A stretch of DNA of 64,000 bases, taken from positions 33,604,001-33,668,000 of the forward strand of contig NC_042998.1 of the NCBI RefSeq assembly GCF_006345805.1, in the 5' to 3' direction. Positions within the stretch are counted from its first letter, which is position 1. Each line of letters opens with the position of its first letter. This DNA is from Octopus sinensis. Taxonomy: Eukaryota. Both the position numbers and the translations under genes were made by a program. Shown piece after piece: positions 23,023 through 36,045 of this stretch. Under the pieces are notes generated by a model. That model did no database searches. It saw nothing but the letters and a program-made list of their open reading frames with translations, and had not been told where the DNA came from.

Positions 23023-23146
23023 CACGACGGCCTTCTTGCAGTTTCCGTCCACCAAATCCACTCACAAGGCTTTGGTCGACCCGGGGATATAGTAGAAGAC
23101 ACTTGCCTGAGGTACCAACTCAGCATCGTCCATTGCGTTTTGCTCG

Positions 23147-23214
<68 letters not shown>

Positions 23215-24415
23215 CTGACGGAAGCAAACTCTGTATTTGTCTCCCTCCATCGCGAACATTTAACTGTAATCTTAGATCTTTTCACATTGCCGATTTTCGA
23301 AAATTCAAAGTTTATTGAAATACATTCGTCAACATGCGTGCGTAGAATATATTCCTCGTAGTCGCAGACAAAAGAGTTCCCATGTTTGATTTGTTACTAT
23401 GGAAACAACGAATATGCCTGTGGCTTACGGTTGGCTAAATTTACCTCAAATCTAACTTTAAAAGTTAATAACTCTTTATTTATGGAATTATCGCGAAAAT
23501 GAATTTCAAAGCAGTGATTACCTTATAAAACCATATCGTTACACCAAATATGAAATCAATTCTAGTTGAAATTGCATAGATTGAAAATTGCCAGCCGAAA
23601 AGAAAAGATCCCGGCATTTTGCTTGGATAAATACCGGTGGTATGGAGGGAGCGGACTTGCATGCATGGGCAGCTTTCAGTTCTTCCCGAATAAAATCTTG
23701 TCCAGACCTGCGCATAAGGATGTAGGTATCTGGTCAATACTGACGAACAGAGTGACTAGATTTAAACCAGAGTCTGTATTTAGTGGAGATGTAACAAGGT
23801 CGTGTAGGTACATATTGGTTTCATAATTTTGGCAGAAGGTTAGCAATGTCAAGGGAGGCGTAAATCAATTACATCGACCCAAGCGTTAGTGTTCGACTAA
23901 TACTTATTTTATCGACCCCGAAAGAACTTACTCTAAGCATTTCTGGCTGGCGTGCTAATGTTTCTGCCAACTTGCCGCCTCAACCCTAGTAAATATATTT
24001 TTCTACTTTAGGCACAAAGCCTGAAATTTCTTTTTGGCGCGGGGGAGCATTTCGATTAAACGGCCCCCAGAACGCAACTGGTACTTAATTTATCGTCCCT
24101 GAAAGGATGAAAGGCAAAGTCGACCGCGGCGGAATTTTAACTCAGAATTTGAACTCACCTATGTTGAAATCTGAGGGTTTATTCTATTGAGACATTTGGA
24201 AACTTGTAAATGTGTATTTTCTTCCGTCATTGAAGTGTAATAAATCGTAGGTTGTTAGAAGAGGTTTGGGAGATTATTTTGTATTATGCTTGGAGTAGCT
24301 AGATGTGCTTTACGGAAAGTGATGTCTAGGGAGAGAGTTGTTGTAGCTGGCTTGATGAGTTACCTCGTATGTAAGCATTGGTGTGAATTCAGTTCTGTAT
24401 TTAAGAAATGAGGAA

Positions 24416-24584
24416 TTATGTACATTATTTACATTTGACAGATATTTGTCCTCATTTTGTTTGTTGTTAACACAACGCTTCGGCTGATATACCCTCCAAC
24501 CTTCTTCGTGTCTTGGGGAAATTTCGAACAAGGTTTCTCCTAAGGTAGTTTTCGATGTTGTTCTTCTTCTTCTTCTTCTTCTTC

Positions 24585-24618
<34 letters not shown>

Positions 24619-24707
24619 CATTATTATTATTCAGGTCACTGCGTGGAATCGAACTCGGAATCTTGGGGTTAGTAGCCCGCGTTCTTAACAAGCATATGGC
24701 GTAGTGG
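24416..24707 (-). mobile_element. Type E SINE (decayed hammerhead at 24469-24512; 5' tip inverted)
   Basis: Reverse complement of 17874-18302 without the MITE. Confidence 0.85.
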
Positions 24708-25770
24708 AATTGTTGTGAATTGTTTAGGATATAAAAGGAGCTTAGTTGTGTTGCATTATGTTACCTCTAGTAGTTTCTTCACTGTTTGAAAACTAGAACA
24801 GGTTGGTTGCATTGAAATTTACTTTAATACTGATGTCTGTGAGAGTTGAACTGTAGAAGTCGGGATCTGCAGCTCCATTTTTGTTTTAGATACTTGATAA
24901 TACATAAAAAACATATTCGGATATTTGAGTAATTTTTGACGATATTTTTGTTGTTGCTTAAGCTTTTGTCTGCGCTGTTCGAGCAGACCTTTCTGTTTTT
25001 TTTTATCAAAGCATTCTAGCTATGACTGCCCTGTTTTTGTTTTCAGACATACCATATCTAAGACTACAGTAGACTGTAATTTGAGAAAGATTTTACAGCT
25101 ATTCCTGACAGGGCAAGCAATCGTATAGACGACCCACGTTGGCTTGTACGTTAGCTAGTTGTAATAAATGACATTGTAAAATTTATCGTAAAGTTTTAAC
25201 AATTGTACTTCTGTTGGGAAATAGTAAAAGATGTCGGCTTTCCCAAACGATAAAGTACGGATTTATCAATAAAGCAACAGAACAAATTAAGATAAGCTGA
25301 TAGAGAAATTACAGAAAAAAAGTGTCATGTAATTCTCAGTCTTGCTAGTTTTCCATTTTCAGTTTTGATACACACCAGAACCCAACATTTATTTAGGATA
25401 TCGGTGACATTTAACTTCAACGACATTTTGGTTTATCATAAAATCATATTTCTGGCAATACGTATCATGTAATAAGCGCTATAAACCTGATCCCAATGAT
25501 GAGGTGATTATAGCAAAGGACAAGGATCAATTGGTTTGAAGTTCAAACATAGAATAATACCATTTCTAATGTTAATATTAAGCGCAGAGACACAGTGAGT
25601 TAAAGGAGATATCTTTAAAATGGTTTGAATTTCCGCTAATCGCAATCCATTTGTGATTTTCAAAAGAACGCAATACCATGGAAATCACCTGGATCATTAA
25701 TGAGTTGGAATGACTGGAGATTAAACGTAAGTTCGGGACATTTTTTCACAACATATTCTTGTATACACTA

Positions 25771-26149
25771 CTAGCAGTATCGCCCGGCGTTGCTCGGGTT
25801 TGTTTCGACCCTTTAGAATTGGAATTTTTGAAAAGTAAAAATTTTGCATTATGTAGCTTCTTATTCTCTTTTTGGTTGAAATACACTGAAAAATGGCGAC
25901 ACAGCAGTCAATAAATCGTAAAAAATAGGGATTTTCATAGAAAAAAAGCACCTTTTTGATGTAAATAATTACATGGTGTTAACATGGTCCGATTTGAATT
26001 TTTTCTTCTGCGAAAGTAATAGCAAGCCTTCTTCTATCATACTCTCAATTTTGGTCAACTTGCGCCGCAGGGTCTTGGAGGAGATAGTGTTAGTTGAAGG
26101 CTACCAAACCTGCCATACACAGACAACTTCAGCTTTATATATAGAGAGA
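25771..26149 (-). mobile_element. Non-autonomous Helitron
   Basis: A|TC…hairpin…CTAG|T termini; closely similar along its length to 54319-54693. Confidence 0.85.
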
Positions 26150-27427
26150 TTAGCCTTTGAAACGTTGCATTGGTGTTCTTTTACTAAATATTCCTAAACA
26201 CTGTGATCGACAATTTCTTCCGTAGAAATTGAAATTCAATAGTCTTCATCTGCAAGCGAAATAAAACTGTGCTTGTGGTCAGTACCGCAGAGAAGAAACT
26301 AACGAATTCCAAGTTCGACCATGGATTAAAATCATGGATCAAAGCCATGTTAAATGGAAAAAATCGTCAATTTTTAAGTCGGGAAGCAAAATATTCTAAT
26401 GCCATTTTTGTTTTGTTTTCCAGGAGAAATTTTTAATCTTTTATAAACTAATAAAAATATTAACAGATATGTCAACGATTCCAATAATTTGAATGCGTGA
26501 CTTTCATGATAAGTTTAGGTCTTAAAGGTAAAAATACACTTAAATTAGGGGTAAACGGCGCCGGACTGGATAAGATATTGGATGATCAATATTCCGGCCA
26601 TGAGTGTTGCAGATGTTTTGTTGAAATTGCACAGAAACTCAAATTTTACACTTTTTAGTTCACCTGGCAAAGAGGGTTGAGATTTTCTAGGAATATTGGA
26701 ACATGAAAAGTTCATTTTGTTTCTACTTATCATTGCTAAATCCAGAGCTAAAAGCCAGGTTTATGATCCATTGTCATAACCGCTGTTGCTATTTGTTATT
26801 GTTGACGTTCAGCCCCAGACCTTATTCTATGAGACAGACTCGTAATCAAAGACATCCCAACCATGACCATCAATTATTTTTGTGTGTTCTGTATTACCAT
26901 ATCTCATATATACTTTTTTTATGCGAGAGTATGGTTGATCTGAGTGAAATACGACGGCTGGGGCTATGTCTGCGTTTATGCGTCCATGTTTGCAAACCTA
27001 TCCAAAGCTATGTTTAATTAGATGCTCGTTAAGTAACCTCGTCTGTCATTCGTTTTTGTTGACTCGAATTTTGTTTATATGCTCTCTCTCTCTCTCTCTC
27101 CCCCTCTCTCTCTATCTCTCCCTCTCTCTCCCCCCTCTCTCTCTATCTCTCCCTCTCTCTCTGTAATGGTGATATAGCTTTCTTAAACAGATAAATAAAA
27201 GAATCTTTTTATGCTGAACAAACGCTGAATTCTCCACTCGTTGCAAATTGTACTCACTTAACAGATACGTCGTTGCATGAGAGAGAAAAATAAAAAAAAT
27301 AAGGCCAAAGGGTTGTATTAGAGTCGTTTACAAGTGCAAGGCTAGATAATTTAACTTTCAACAAAATGTATATAACGACAGTTGAGGATGAGATCTGATT
27401 ACACAGGGAGATAGAGGGAAGGAAGGA

Positions 27428-27463
<36 letters not shown>

Positions 27464-28014
27464 GTTCTCTCTAGACTAAATTATATATTTGTCTGATTAC
27501 ACACACACACACACATACAACATGGATGTGTGAAGGTGAGAAAGTTCAACAAAACATTGTATGTACCGTATTTCATGAAATATAAAACCAGCAGACATGT
27601 AAGGCGTATCTCGACGCTTGAAACACGGAATATTATAAACAATTCTTGGTGTGTTTAAGAATCTAATATTTATTGAAATATGTAGCTACAGTTTAGCTGA
27701 GTAAAAAGAAACTTGATCAAGTGCAGTAGGGGAAAAAAATCTATTTAATTATAATATATTGCAGTAATTTACAAAAGGAAATAAAAACAGCTTAGCTACA
27801 ACACAAAGTATTTTGTAATGACAAGATACTAGTAGCGTTGGAAATACTGGTAATTCAGGAAATGAGTTAAGAATAGTCATTAACAGCGAAAATATCGTTC
27901 ATAAATAAAATAACAAAAGAAAAAGCAAATTCGCCAGATTTTACAAAAGGAAAACAGGAAATCAAACAAGACGAAGAGATGTTTTCAGTGAAAATATTAT
28001 ATTATGAATATACT

Positions 28015-28655
28015 TTTCTACTCTAGGCACAAGGCTCGAGATTTTTTCTGGTGTGTGTGTGGTGGAGGACAGTCGATTAGATCGACCTCAGTACGCAACT
28101 GGTTGGTACTTAATTTATCAACCTCGAAATAATGAAAGGCAAAGTCGATCTCGGCGGAATTTGAACTCAGAACATAAAGACAGACGAAATACGATAAGTA
28201 TTTCGCCCGGCATGCTAACGTTTCTGCCAGCTCGCCACCTTCTTAAAAATAGTCTTTTCTACTCTAAGCACAAGGCCCGAGATTTTGGGGGAGGGCGACA
28301 GTCGATTAAATCGACCCCAGTATGCAAATGGTTGGTACTTAATTTATCGACCTCGAAAGGATGAAAAGCAAAGTCGACCTCGGCGGAATTTGAACTCAGA
28401 ACGTGAAGACAGACGAAATACCTATGTCTTTACTACCCACAAGGGGCTAAACACAGAGAGGACAAACGAGGACAGACAAACGGATTAAGTCGATCATATC
28501 GACTCCAGTGCGTAACTGGTACTTATTTAATCGACCCCGAAAGGATGAAAGGTAAAGTCGACCTCGGCAGAATTTGAACTTAGAACGTAATGGCAGGCGA
28601 AATACGGCTACGCATTTCGCCCGGCGTGCTAACGTTTCTGCCAGCTCGCCGCCTT
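28015..28655 (-). mobile_element. Array of type D SINE units
   Basis: Three successive D-family units; junction GACGAAATAC|CTATGTCTTT at 28421/2. Confidence 0.85.
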
Positions 28656-29101
28656 ATTAATAGTAAAATATTACAGAAGAAAACAAAATCACTTAAGGCA
28701 TTTTCTAAGTGGAAAAACAACCTTTAAGGTTGGTCAGAAATATAAAAACAATTAAAGCTGTTTGCGAAGACATTGGTGTCCCATTTCTTTACTTGTTTCA
28801 GGCGGCCATGCTGTAACACCGCCTTGAAGAATTTTAGCCGAACGTATTAACCCCAGTAACTTTTGTGTGTGTGTGTGGAGCCCGGTGCCTTTTCCTTTAC
28901 CGAACCGCTAGCTTGACTGTTAGTCAAGCAGTGGTGGGGGGACAAAGACACACATACACACACATGTAAAGTCAATCGCCACATCAAAGTGGCTATCCAT
29001 GTTACTACTAGTTTAATCCCAGGCGGATCTTCCGGCAGCTGGTTATCGGTGCGACGCTGCACTCTTTATATACAATACGTATTGCTAGCAGGGGGAGTGA
29101 A

Positions 29102-29315
29102 CCCCTACCATCCTCTAGCAGACAACAGGATTGCGTGGCGGACTTAGTTTCGAGCTGGTTGGTTCATCCTCAGTAGCGAGTACCTAGTAGCTATTTCGCT
29201 TGTTGCAAATCAGTGACTGATGGTCGCTTTGTTTACAAATATTGCTAGCTGGAACGGACCTTGGCTATCGCGAGTCAGTCTCGCGATCCTGGTGTCTGCT
29301 AGGGGATGGTAGGGG
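29102..29315. mobile_element. MITE with ~34-bp TIRs, possibly piggyBac-type
   Basis: CCCCTACCATCCTCTAGCAGACAACAGGATTGCG matches the reverse complement of 29282-29315 with 3 mismatches. Flanks TGAA/TTAC are each one change from TTAA. Confidence 0.65.
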
Positions 29316-30053
29316 TTACATACTGGTTTCATATTTTGGCACAGGGCCGGCAATTTCGGGGGCGGAGTTATAGGGTATGTCAATTATATCAATCCCAGTG
29401 TTCAACTGGTAGTTATTTTATCGACGACGAAAGGATGCAAGGCGAAATCGATCTCGGCGGAATTTAAACTCAGAACGTAAAGACGGACGAAATGACATGA
29501 AGCGTTTTGTCCGGGTCGCTGATGATTCTGCTGGTTCGCCACCTTACCGATGACATTTCTATACTGGTTTCAAATTTGACTCTCAAGTCCAGCAATTTTC
29601 TAAGGGAGTAAGTCGATTACATCGACCCCAGTGTTCAAGTGGTACTTATTTTATCAACCACGAAACGATGAAAGGTAAAGTCAACCTCAGCGGAATTTGA
29701 ACTCAGAATGTAAAGACGGACGAAACGCCGCCAAGCATTCTGCCCGGCGTGCTAACGATTCTGCCAACACGCTGTCGTGCATAGACTTCATATATTAAGA
29801 CAAGTGTGTGTTAACATATATGATACTCGTAGAGCGATGTATACATGCTTAGAGAGGGAGAAGGGTAAAAGTGACGAGGTTCAGCATTTCTGAATTAAGC
29901 TGATGAAATTATGATGTCAAAAGCCAACCTATGTTCAGTGCATTAAAACATATATTTATCTATGCACGAACCCAGACACAATTAGACTCTGAGAAAGTAA
30001 GCGCTCATATTTCTGCTCATTGAAAATAACTAGGAACATTTGTTACTCACCTA

Positions 30054-30100
<47 letters not shown>

Positions 30101-30550
30101 AAACAGCCCTTATCGTTTCTTTTTACTGTGTTATTCTCCTTGTTCTGTCTTTTACTGTTTTTATATGTATTGTTTTTACTGTCTTGTTTTGTTTGTATTG
30201 TGCTGTTCTTGTTACCACTTTTACCCCTCCGCAAACAATCCCAAATTTTATTTAATTTGCTTTGCGGGAAGGACTATTTCAACGAAGTCGTGTCTTGCCC
30301 TTGCCTTCGAAACACGTAGTAGTCGAAGCAGGGGTAGCTGAAGAAGGAGAATATTCCTTCTGTTGTATGTCTTGTACCCCGTTTTTACGTTGTTTGAAAA
30401 AAGTCCGTTTCCATGTTCTTGTTTTTAGGTTTTCGTTTCTCACTGTGTTCAACGTTTTTTTGGTGTCCTGTACTCATATATGCATGTATATATATACATA
30501 TAGATGTAGGTATGTAGATATATGTATGTATATATGCATATGTTTTATTT

Positions 30551-30588
<38 letters not shown>

Positions 30589-30892
30589 TGTATGTATGTA
30601 TGTATGTATGTATCGCTCTCTCTCTCTCTCTCTCTCTCCTTCCTCTTTACTCCTATTTATGCTGTATGTATACATATCTTTTTGCTTGTTTCAGCCCTTA
30701 GACTGCTGCCATGCTGGGACACCGCCTGAAAAGGTTTAGTCAAACAGATCGACCCCCAGTAATTTCTTTTTAAGCTTGGTACTTATTCTATCAGTTACTT
30801 TTGCAGAACCGCTAAGTCACGGCAACGTAAACAAACGAACTCCGGTAGTCAAATTATATTGGAGGACAAACATAAGCGCAAAGCCACCCACA

Positions 30893-30922
<30 letters not shown>

Positions 30923-30923
<1 letters not shown>

Positions 30924-31475
30924 GAGTGAGAGAGCAGTGCATTCCATCAGAGTGACTCTGGTGTAAAATATATGAAGTTCAGTATACCCATCAGGACTAC
31001 CCGTCTGATAAGGGTACACTAGGCACATGTACCACAACCATATGTTTGCGACATGCTGATCTCATATCAAGATAAACAGTGCATGATCTTGCAGGTGGGG
31101 CCCAGTTAGAATTTTCATGTCGAGTTGCTCATCTCGCTCAGAAGATCCCTGAATAAGGGTTGTTTAAGGGTGTTGAACGAAAGACTCATGTTTCCAGGGG
31201 TGAATTGTTCAGACCCCAAAGAATCCCTCTCAACACATGGCTATGATGCTCCCCCACTACTTCTCCTCGTGATCAGTGATGCACATATCGTCAGCCACTA
31301 AGGGACATGCTCAACTGGTTACGGTCAAACAACTGACAAGCAAATCTGTGGTATTGAGCAGAATATTTGCTGTAGCCCATCTTTTATACCAAGACAAAAC
31401 AATGCACATGATGACACTTTCAATCAGTTAAGATCAGAAGCCATGACAGCCACTGCTTAGTACTGCATCAGGGCA
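30923..31475. mobile_element. ~560-bp headless interspersed element bounded by (ATT)n on both sides
   Basis: Full-length inverted homolog at 52363-52923 with the same two ends, also abutting (AAT)n. Partial copy at 32642-32895. Confidence 0.75.
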
Positions 31476-31487
31476 GTACCAGGCACT

Positions 31488-31668
31488 ACTTATTATCGTT
31501 ATTATTATTATTATTATCATCATTATTATTATTATTATTATATTATTATTATTATTATTATCATTATTAGTATTATTATCATTATTATTATTATTATCAT
31601 TATTATTATCATTATTATTATTATCATTATTATTATTATTATCATTATTATTATCATTATTATTATTA

Positions 31669-31699
<31 letters not shown>

Positions 31700-31705
31700 C
31701 ATTAT
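31488..31705. repeat. (ATT/ATC)n microsatellite
   Basis: Directly visible; source of the poly-N/poly-I ORF. Confidence 0.95.
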
Positions 31706-32448
31706 ATGAAAACTCACAGCTTATTTTGCTGGGTATGATGGAAAGTATTAGCTTTCCGCAGCTAGCAGACTTAGGTGACACTTGAAAAGAGTTCTTACAG
31801 TTCCAAGCAACGCTGATTTTTGTGGGTGTTCTACATTCACACTTGCACCAATCTTTTTCACCCATGTTGGTAGTTGAGTGCTGATATTTCCAAGTGCACC
31901 AATTACTCTTGGTATCACGTCTACTCTCCTCATTGTCCCACTTCAGATCGTCGTAGTTGTTTGTTTTTTTCTTCTTCAAAGGGTCAGCCTTGTCACACTC
32001 TGCGTCACGCTGAATAGGTCTGAAAACTAAGTTAAGAGTTCGCCTGTCTGTGGAATACTCAGCCACTTGCACGTTAATTTCACGAGAAGGATGTTCCGTT
32101 GCCTGGATCAACTGCGATGCTCGTCGTCGTAACCGACGGAGCGCCAGTGCTGTAAAATATACTCATAGCAGTATAGTGGTTTCCTTTGACCAGCCAAGAT
32201 TCTCCATATATATTTGAGGGCAGAAATTAGGAATGGTAATTTCCTGTTTTCCTATAAAGCTTTTGTTTTTACGTAGATAAAATGATAGCAGCCAACAATC
32301 AAACTCAGAATCATACACTTTTCACTGTTTAGTTGAAGGAAGGTCGAGGTACATAAGATTTTCAAGGAGTCAAAACCTGATGCAAGGAAAGTCAGAAAGA
32401 AACTGGAAGCATTGTCTGAATGTCTGTAATAGAATGGAATCTGCTATA

Positions 32449-32631
32449 TATTTCTTTACTACCCACGAGGGGCTTAACATAGAGGAAAGACACAGAGATT
32501 AAGTCGATTAAGTGCGAAACTGGTACTTTATTTATCGACCCCGAAAGGATGAAAGGCAAAGTCGACCTCGGCGGAATTTGAACTCAGACGCGCTATATTG
32601 GAGGACAAACATAAGCGCAAAGCCACCCACA

Positions 32632-32662
<31 letters not shown>

Positions 32663-32961
32663 GAGTGAGAGAGCAGTGCATTCCATCTAAGTGACTCTGG
32701 GGTAAAATATATGAAGTTCAGTATACCCATCATGACTACCCATCTGATAAGGGTACACTAGGCACATGTATCACAACCATATGTGTGCGACATGCTGATC
32801 TCATATCAATATAAACAGTGCATGATCTTGCAGGTGGGGCCCAGTTAGAATTTTCATGTCGAGTAGCTCATCTCGCTCAGAAGGTCCCTGAATAACGACA
32901 GACGAAATACCGCTAAGCATTTTGCCCGGCGCGCAAACGTTTCTGCCAGCTCGCCGCCTTG
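32449..32961 (-). mobile_element. Type D SINE carrying a 302-bp insert of nearby sequence
   Basis: TSD ATGGAA(T/C)CTGCTATA at 32434-48 and 32962-76. The insert 32594-32895 duplicates 30855-31156. Confidence 0.85.
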
Positions 32962-33312
32962 ATGGAACCTGCTATAAGCACCCAAAAGGCAGCTGCAGTG
33001 CAGCAAAACGAGCGGAACAATGAAGTAAAACGTTAGTAACTTATTCGTTTTTCCAAAATGATTGGGGGAATAGTATGTAAAATGAAAAACAATAAAATTC
33101 AAACGGTATTCTGACTCAGTTTAGAGGCAACTAATCGCTTTCACCAAGGTATATCGTAATGATGGTAAAGATATGTAAGGCGACGAGCTGACGGAATCGT
33201 TAGCACGTCGGACAAAATTGTTAGCTGCATTTCGTCCGTCTTCACGTTCGGAGTTCAAATTCCGCCAAAGTTGACTTTGCCTTTCATCCTTACAGGATCG
33301 ATGAAATAAATA

Positions 33313-33546
33313 CCTATTTCTTTACTACCCACAAGGGGCTAAACACAGAGAGGACAAACAAGGACAGACAAACGGATTAAGTCGATTACATCGACCCCAG
33401 TGCGTAATTGGTACTTAATTTATCGACCCCGAAAGGATGAAAGGCAAAGTCGACCTCGGCGGAATTTGAACTCAGAACGTAGCGGCAGACGAGATACTGC
33501 TAAGCATTTCGCCCGGCGTGCTAACGTTTCTGCCAGCTCGTCGCCT
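33313..33546 (-). mobile_element. Young type D SINE nested in an older, oppositely oriented D copy (33181-33312 plus ~33560-33610)
   Basis: ATGAAATAAAT is duplicated on both sides, and the host copy resumes after the insertion. Confidence 0.8.
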
Positions 33547-33924
33547 ATGAAATAAATCGATGAAATAAATACCGTTCAGCACAGGGTTCCATGTAATCGA
33601 ATTTCCCCCTCTCATGAAATTACTGGCCTTGTGCCCCAAAATTTGAAGTCAATAATGATAAGGAGATTTCGAAGAACAATGATTTCTGGTAAATAAGACC
33701 GACATGTCTTTAGATTCTCTTACTTCATGACAGTCTGTTTCTTAAACACTTAGTAATTAACAAAGAAGTTGCCTGTTTTTAAAGAATACCTAATTAAGAA
33801 ACAAATATATTCATTTTCTTAAAGTTAATTAAAAACATACCGAAAACAATTTGATCGGCATTTCATCAACTAAAAAATCTTAACTTCTTAATTTGCTTCA
33901 GTATTTTCTTGTTATGATTGCATT

Positions 33925-34219
33925 GTTGTTGCTTGTTCCTTCTCGAATCATGGCAAGCTCCGGTTTCATTGGCGTATAGGTTCACCTATTTGGATGGGAC
34001 GCCGGTCCGTTGCGGGTGAGCTGCTAGATGCAGGAAGAAAGAGTTAGAGAAAGATGTGGCGAAATAGTCAGCAGAAGTTTCGCAATCACCTTCTGCCGGA
34101 GCCGCGTGGAGCTTAGGTGTTTCGCTCGTAAACACAGACATCGCCCAGTCTGAGATTCGAACCCGCAATCTCTCGACCACGAGTCTGCTGCTCAAATAAC
34201 TAGGCCATATGCCTCCACC
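33925..34219 (-). mobile_element. SINE with head A and Meta-like tail
   Basis: The head and middle resemble family A. The 3' part (CGCAACGGACCGGCGTCCCATCCA…GAAACCGG…CATGATTCGAGAAGG) matches the tail of 57981-58229. TSD ATGATTGCA(T/C)T at 33914-24 and 34220-30. Confidence 0.8.
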
Positions 34220-36045
34220 ATGATTGCACTAGTGGAATTAAATACACATGAAGCCGAACAGCAACGTCGAGATCGCGTTTCGATATACCACTAACGCTCT
34301 GGAGAAAGGCACAAGCAACACAGCATCTCGTTCTTATTATAATTAATAAAAAAGAAGATACAGGTTTGGTGATGTAAACAGGAAAAATACAACTCAAAAC
34401 ATAAGTATATATATTTTTATTAATATTTAGCAGAAGCAACAGAGCTAACACACAAAACTCTTGGCCCTTGAGTCACTCTGTTACTTCTGCTAAATATTAA
34501 GAAAAAATATTAAGAAAAATAAAAAGGTACAATATTTGTCAATAGATAAGTGAATCCGGAGAGTATTCGGTAAAGTCATAGTGAATGGAATTTAGGTCGA
34601 GGTTTACATTCTTACTTACAGCCATATCATGTTACATTTTTGAAACGCTAAGTAGTTAGAGCAATGGAGTATCACCTATGACCTTTGAAGGTCCTGCGAC
34701 GGGGGTGGAGAGAAATGAAACCGCGACTCATGTATTGCTGCAGTAGAAAGATATCGAATTATCCTCCATCTTGAGACCTAGTCAGAATCAATACAACAAA
34801 ATGACCTCCAATAAAGGCGCTCACTGCACAAATGCGTGTGTGATGCTCGTAGTGCTTCTCAAAAAGGCATGCACTTCAAACAATCTCATTTCTTCTTCAC
34901 TATAAACCTGAAGGCTTTTACACAGTAAAAATATACTCATAAACAAAATCAACAGATGTGATAATTAAGACTTCTATGAAATATAAAAATAGAATGAAAT
35001 TTCACATATTACTTAGTTCATGCGCACTGTTTAATAAACAGCCCCACAAGGTTCAACTAAGTACAGTGTTGCAAAGTCAATATTTGTAATCAATTCCCCT
35101 TTTCTGAGTCTGAAACACATTAGAATGTCGCCTGTTATTTGAACTTTCCTAAAGTCAACATTGTCAATGGACCCTTTCGCAAGACGAATAGAAATACTTC
35201 CCTTTGATAAATGATTATAAACGTTTTTTTTCTCAAAAAGGGAAATGGAAATATTCTTCTTTGAGGTAAGTAAAAATTTCAAATACCACACTCAATACTT
35301 GACACTGTTTCTTTATTTGCGATACATCCAGTGAGAATTGTTCGTGTTGTATTTGGAATCATCATTTCTTAAATCCAGCTTGTAGTTTCCGGTCGTTTGT
35401 CGGTAGAAAAGTTGAAATATCAAGTCACTAGGACTGCTTTCGTTACATTTTGGTTATCTCACCCCCATTTAAAAATTGGGTTATCTCCCCCCATTTTACA
35501 GGAAATATCGGTAAACATGAAAACTATACAAATTAATGAACATAAAAACTAAAAAAATTAATGTGAACCTGATATACCTGTGACGATACGGAAGGGTTTT
35601 CAGCATTGCAAAAGATTAAGAAGAGCCAACAAAATCTCTGAGTAACTCCTGAGTATTTTACCTATATGTACTAAAATTATATCTTAATTAGAACAAGACT
35701 CTTAAGTATATTTTTCTAATTAAGATGGAATACAATTATATGAGATCTTTCTGATTTTAGGATCTCGTTAAAATATTGTATTGCAAAAGGTTCTTGTTAT
35801 CGGTCCTGTATTGAGTAATATAAGTTTAGTGAAGCATACTACAGATATTATTGTGGTGCTCTGGTCGCTTATGCTGAAAGAGCAGTGTCAAACTGCAGTG
35901 CTTATCTAATGCAGGTGGAATTAGTCGAGGACTTAATACAGGTCTGTAACGGAATAGAAAACATCGATTCACTCTATTTTCTGGAGATGTACTTGCATAG
36001 CAAGTGATTTGATCTGAGATCGTGTGCTGGAACGAAATCAATTGC

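Noticed and set aside
23566-23826. 86-aa ORF with a GT donor-like end as a host exon
   Set aside because: Comparison with the homologous 19.4-kb segment shows three frameshifting indels, so this frame is not conserved.
29140-29180. CTGAGGA-t-gaac…gctc-GAAA motif inside the MITE (minus strand)
   Set aside because: No stem I pairing could be found in type I or type III topology.
34619-34907. Minus-strand segment bounded by AG and GTAAGT splice-like sites
   Set aside because: All three frames contain stops; the best frame has six.
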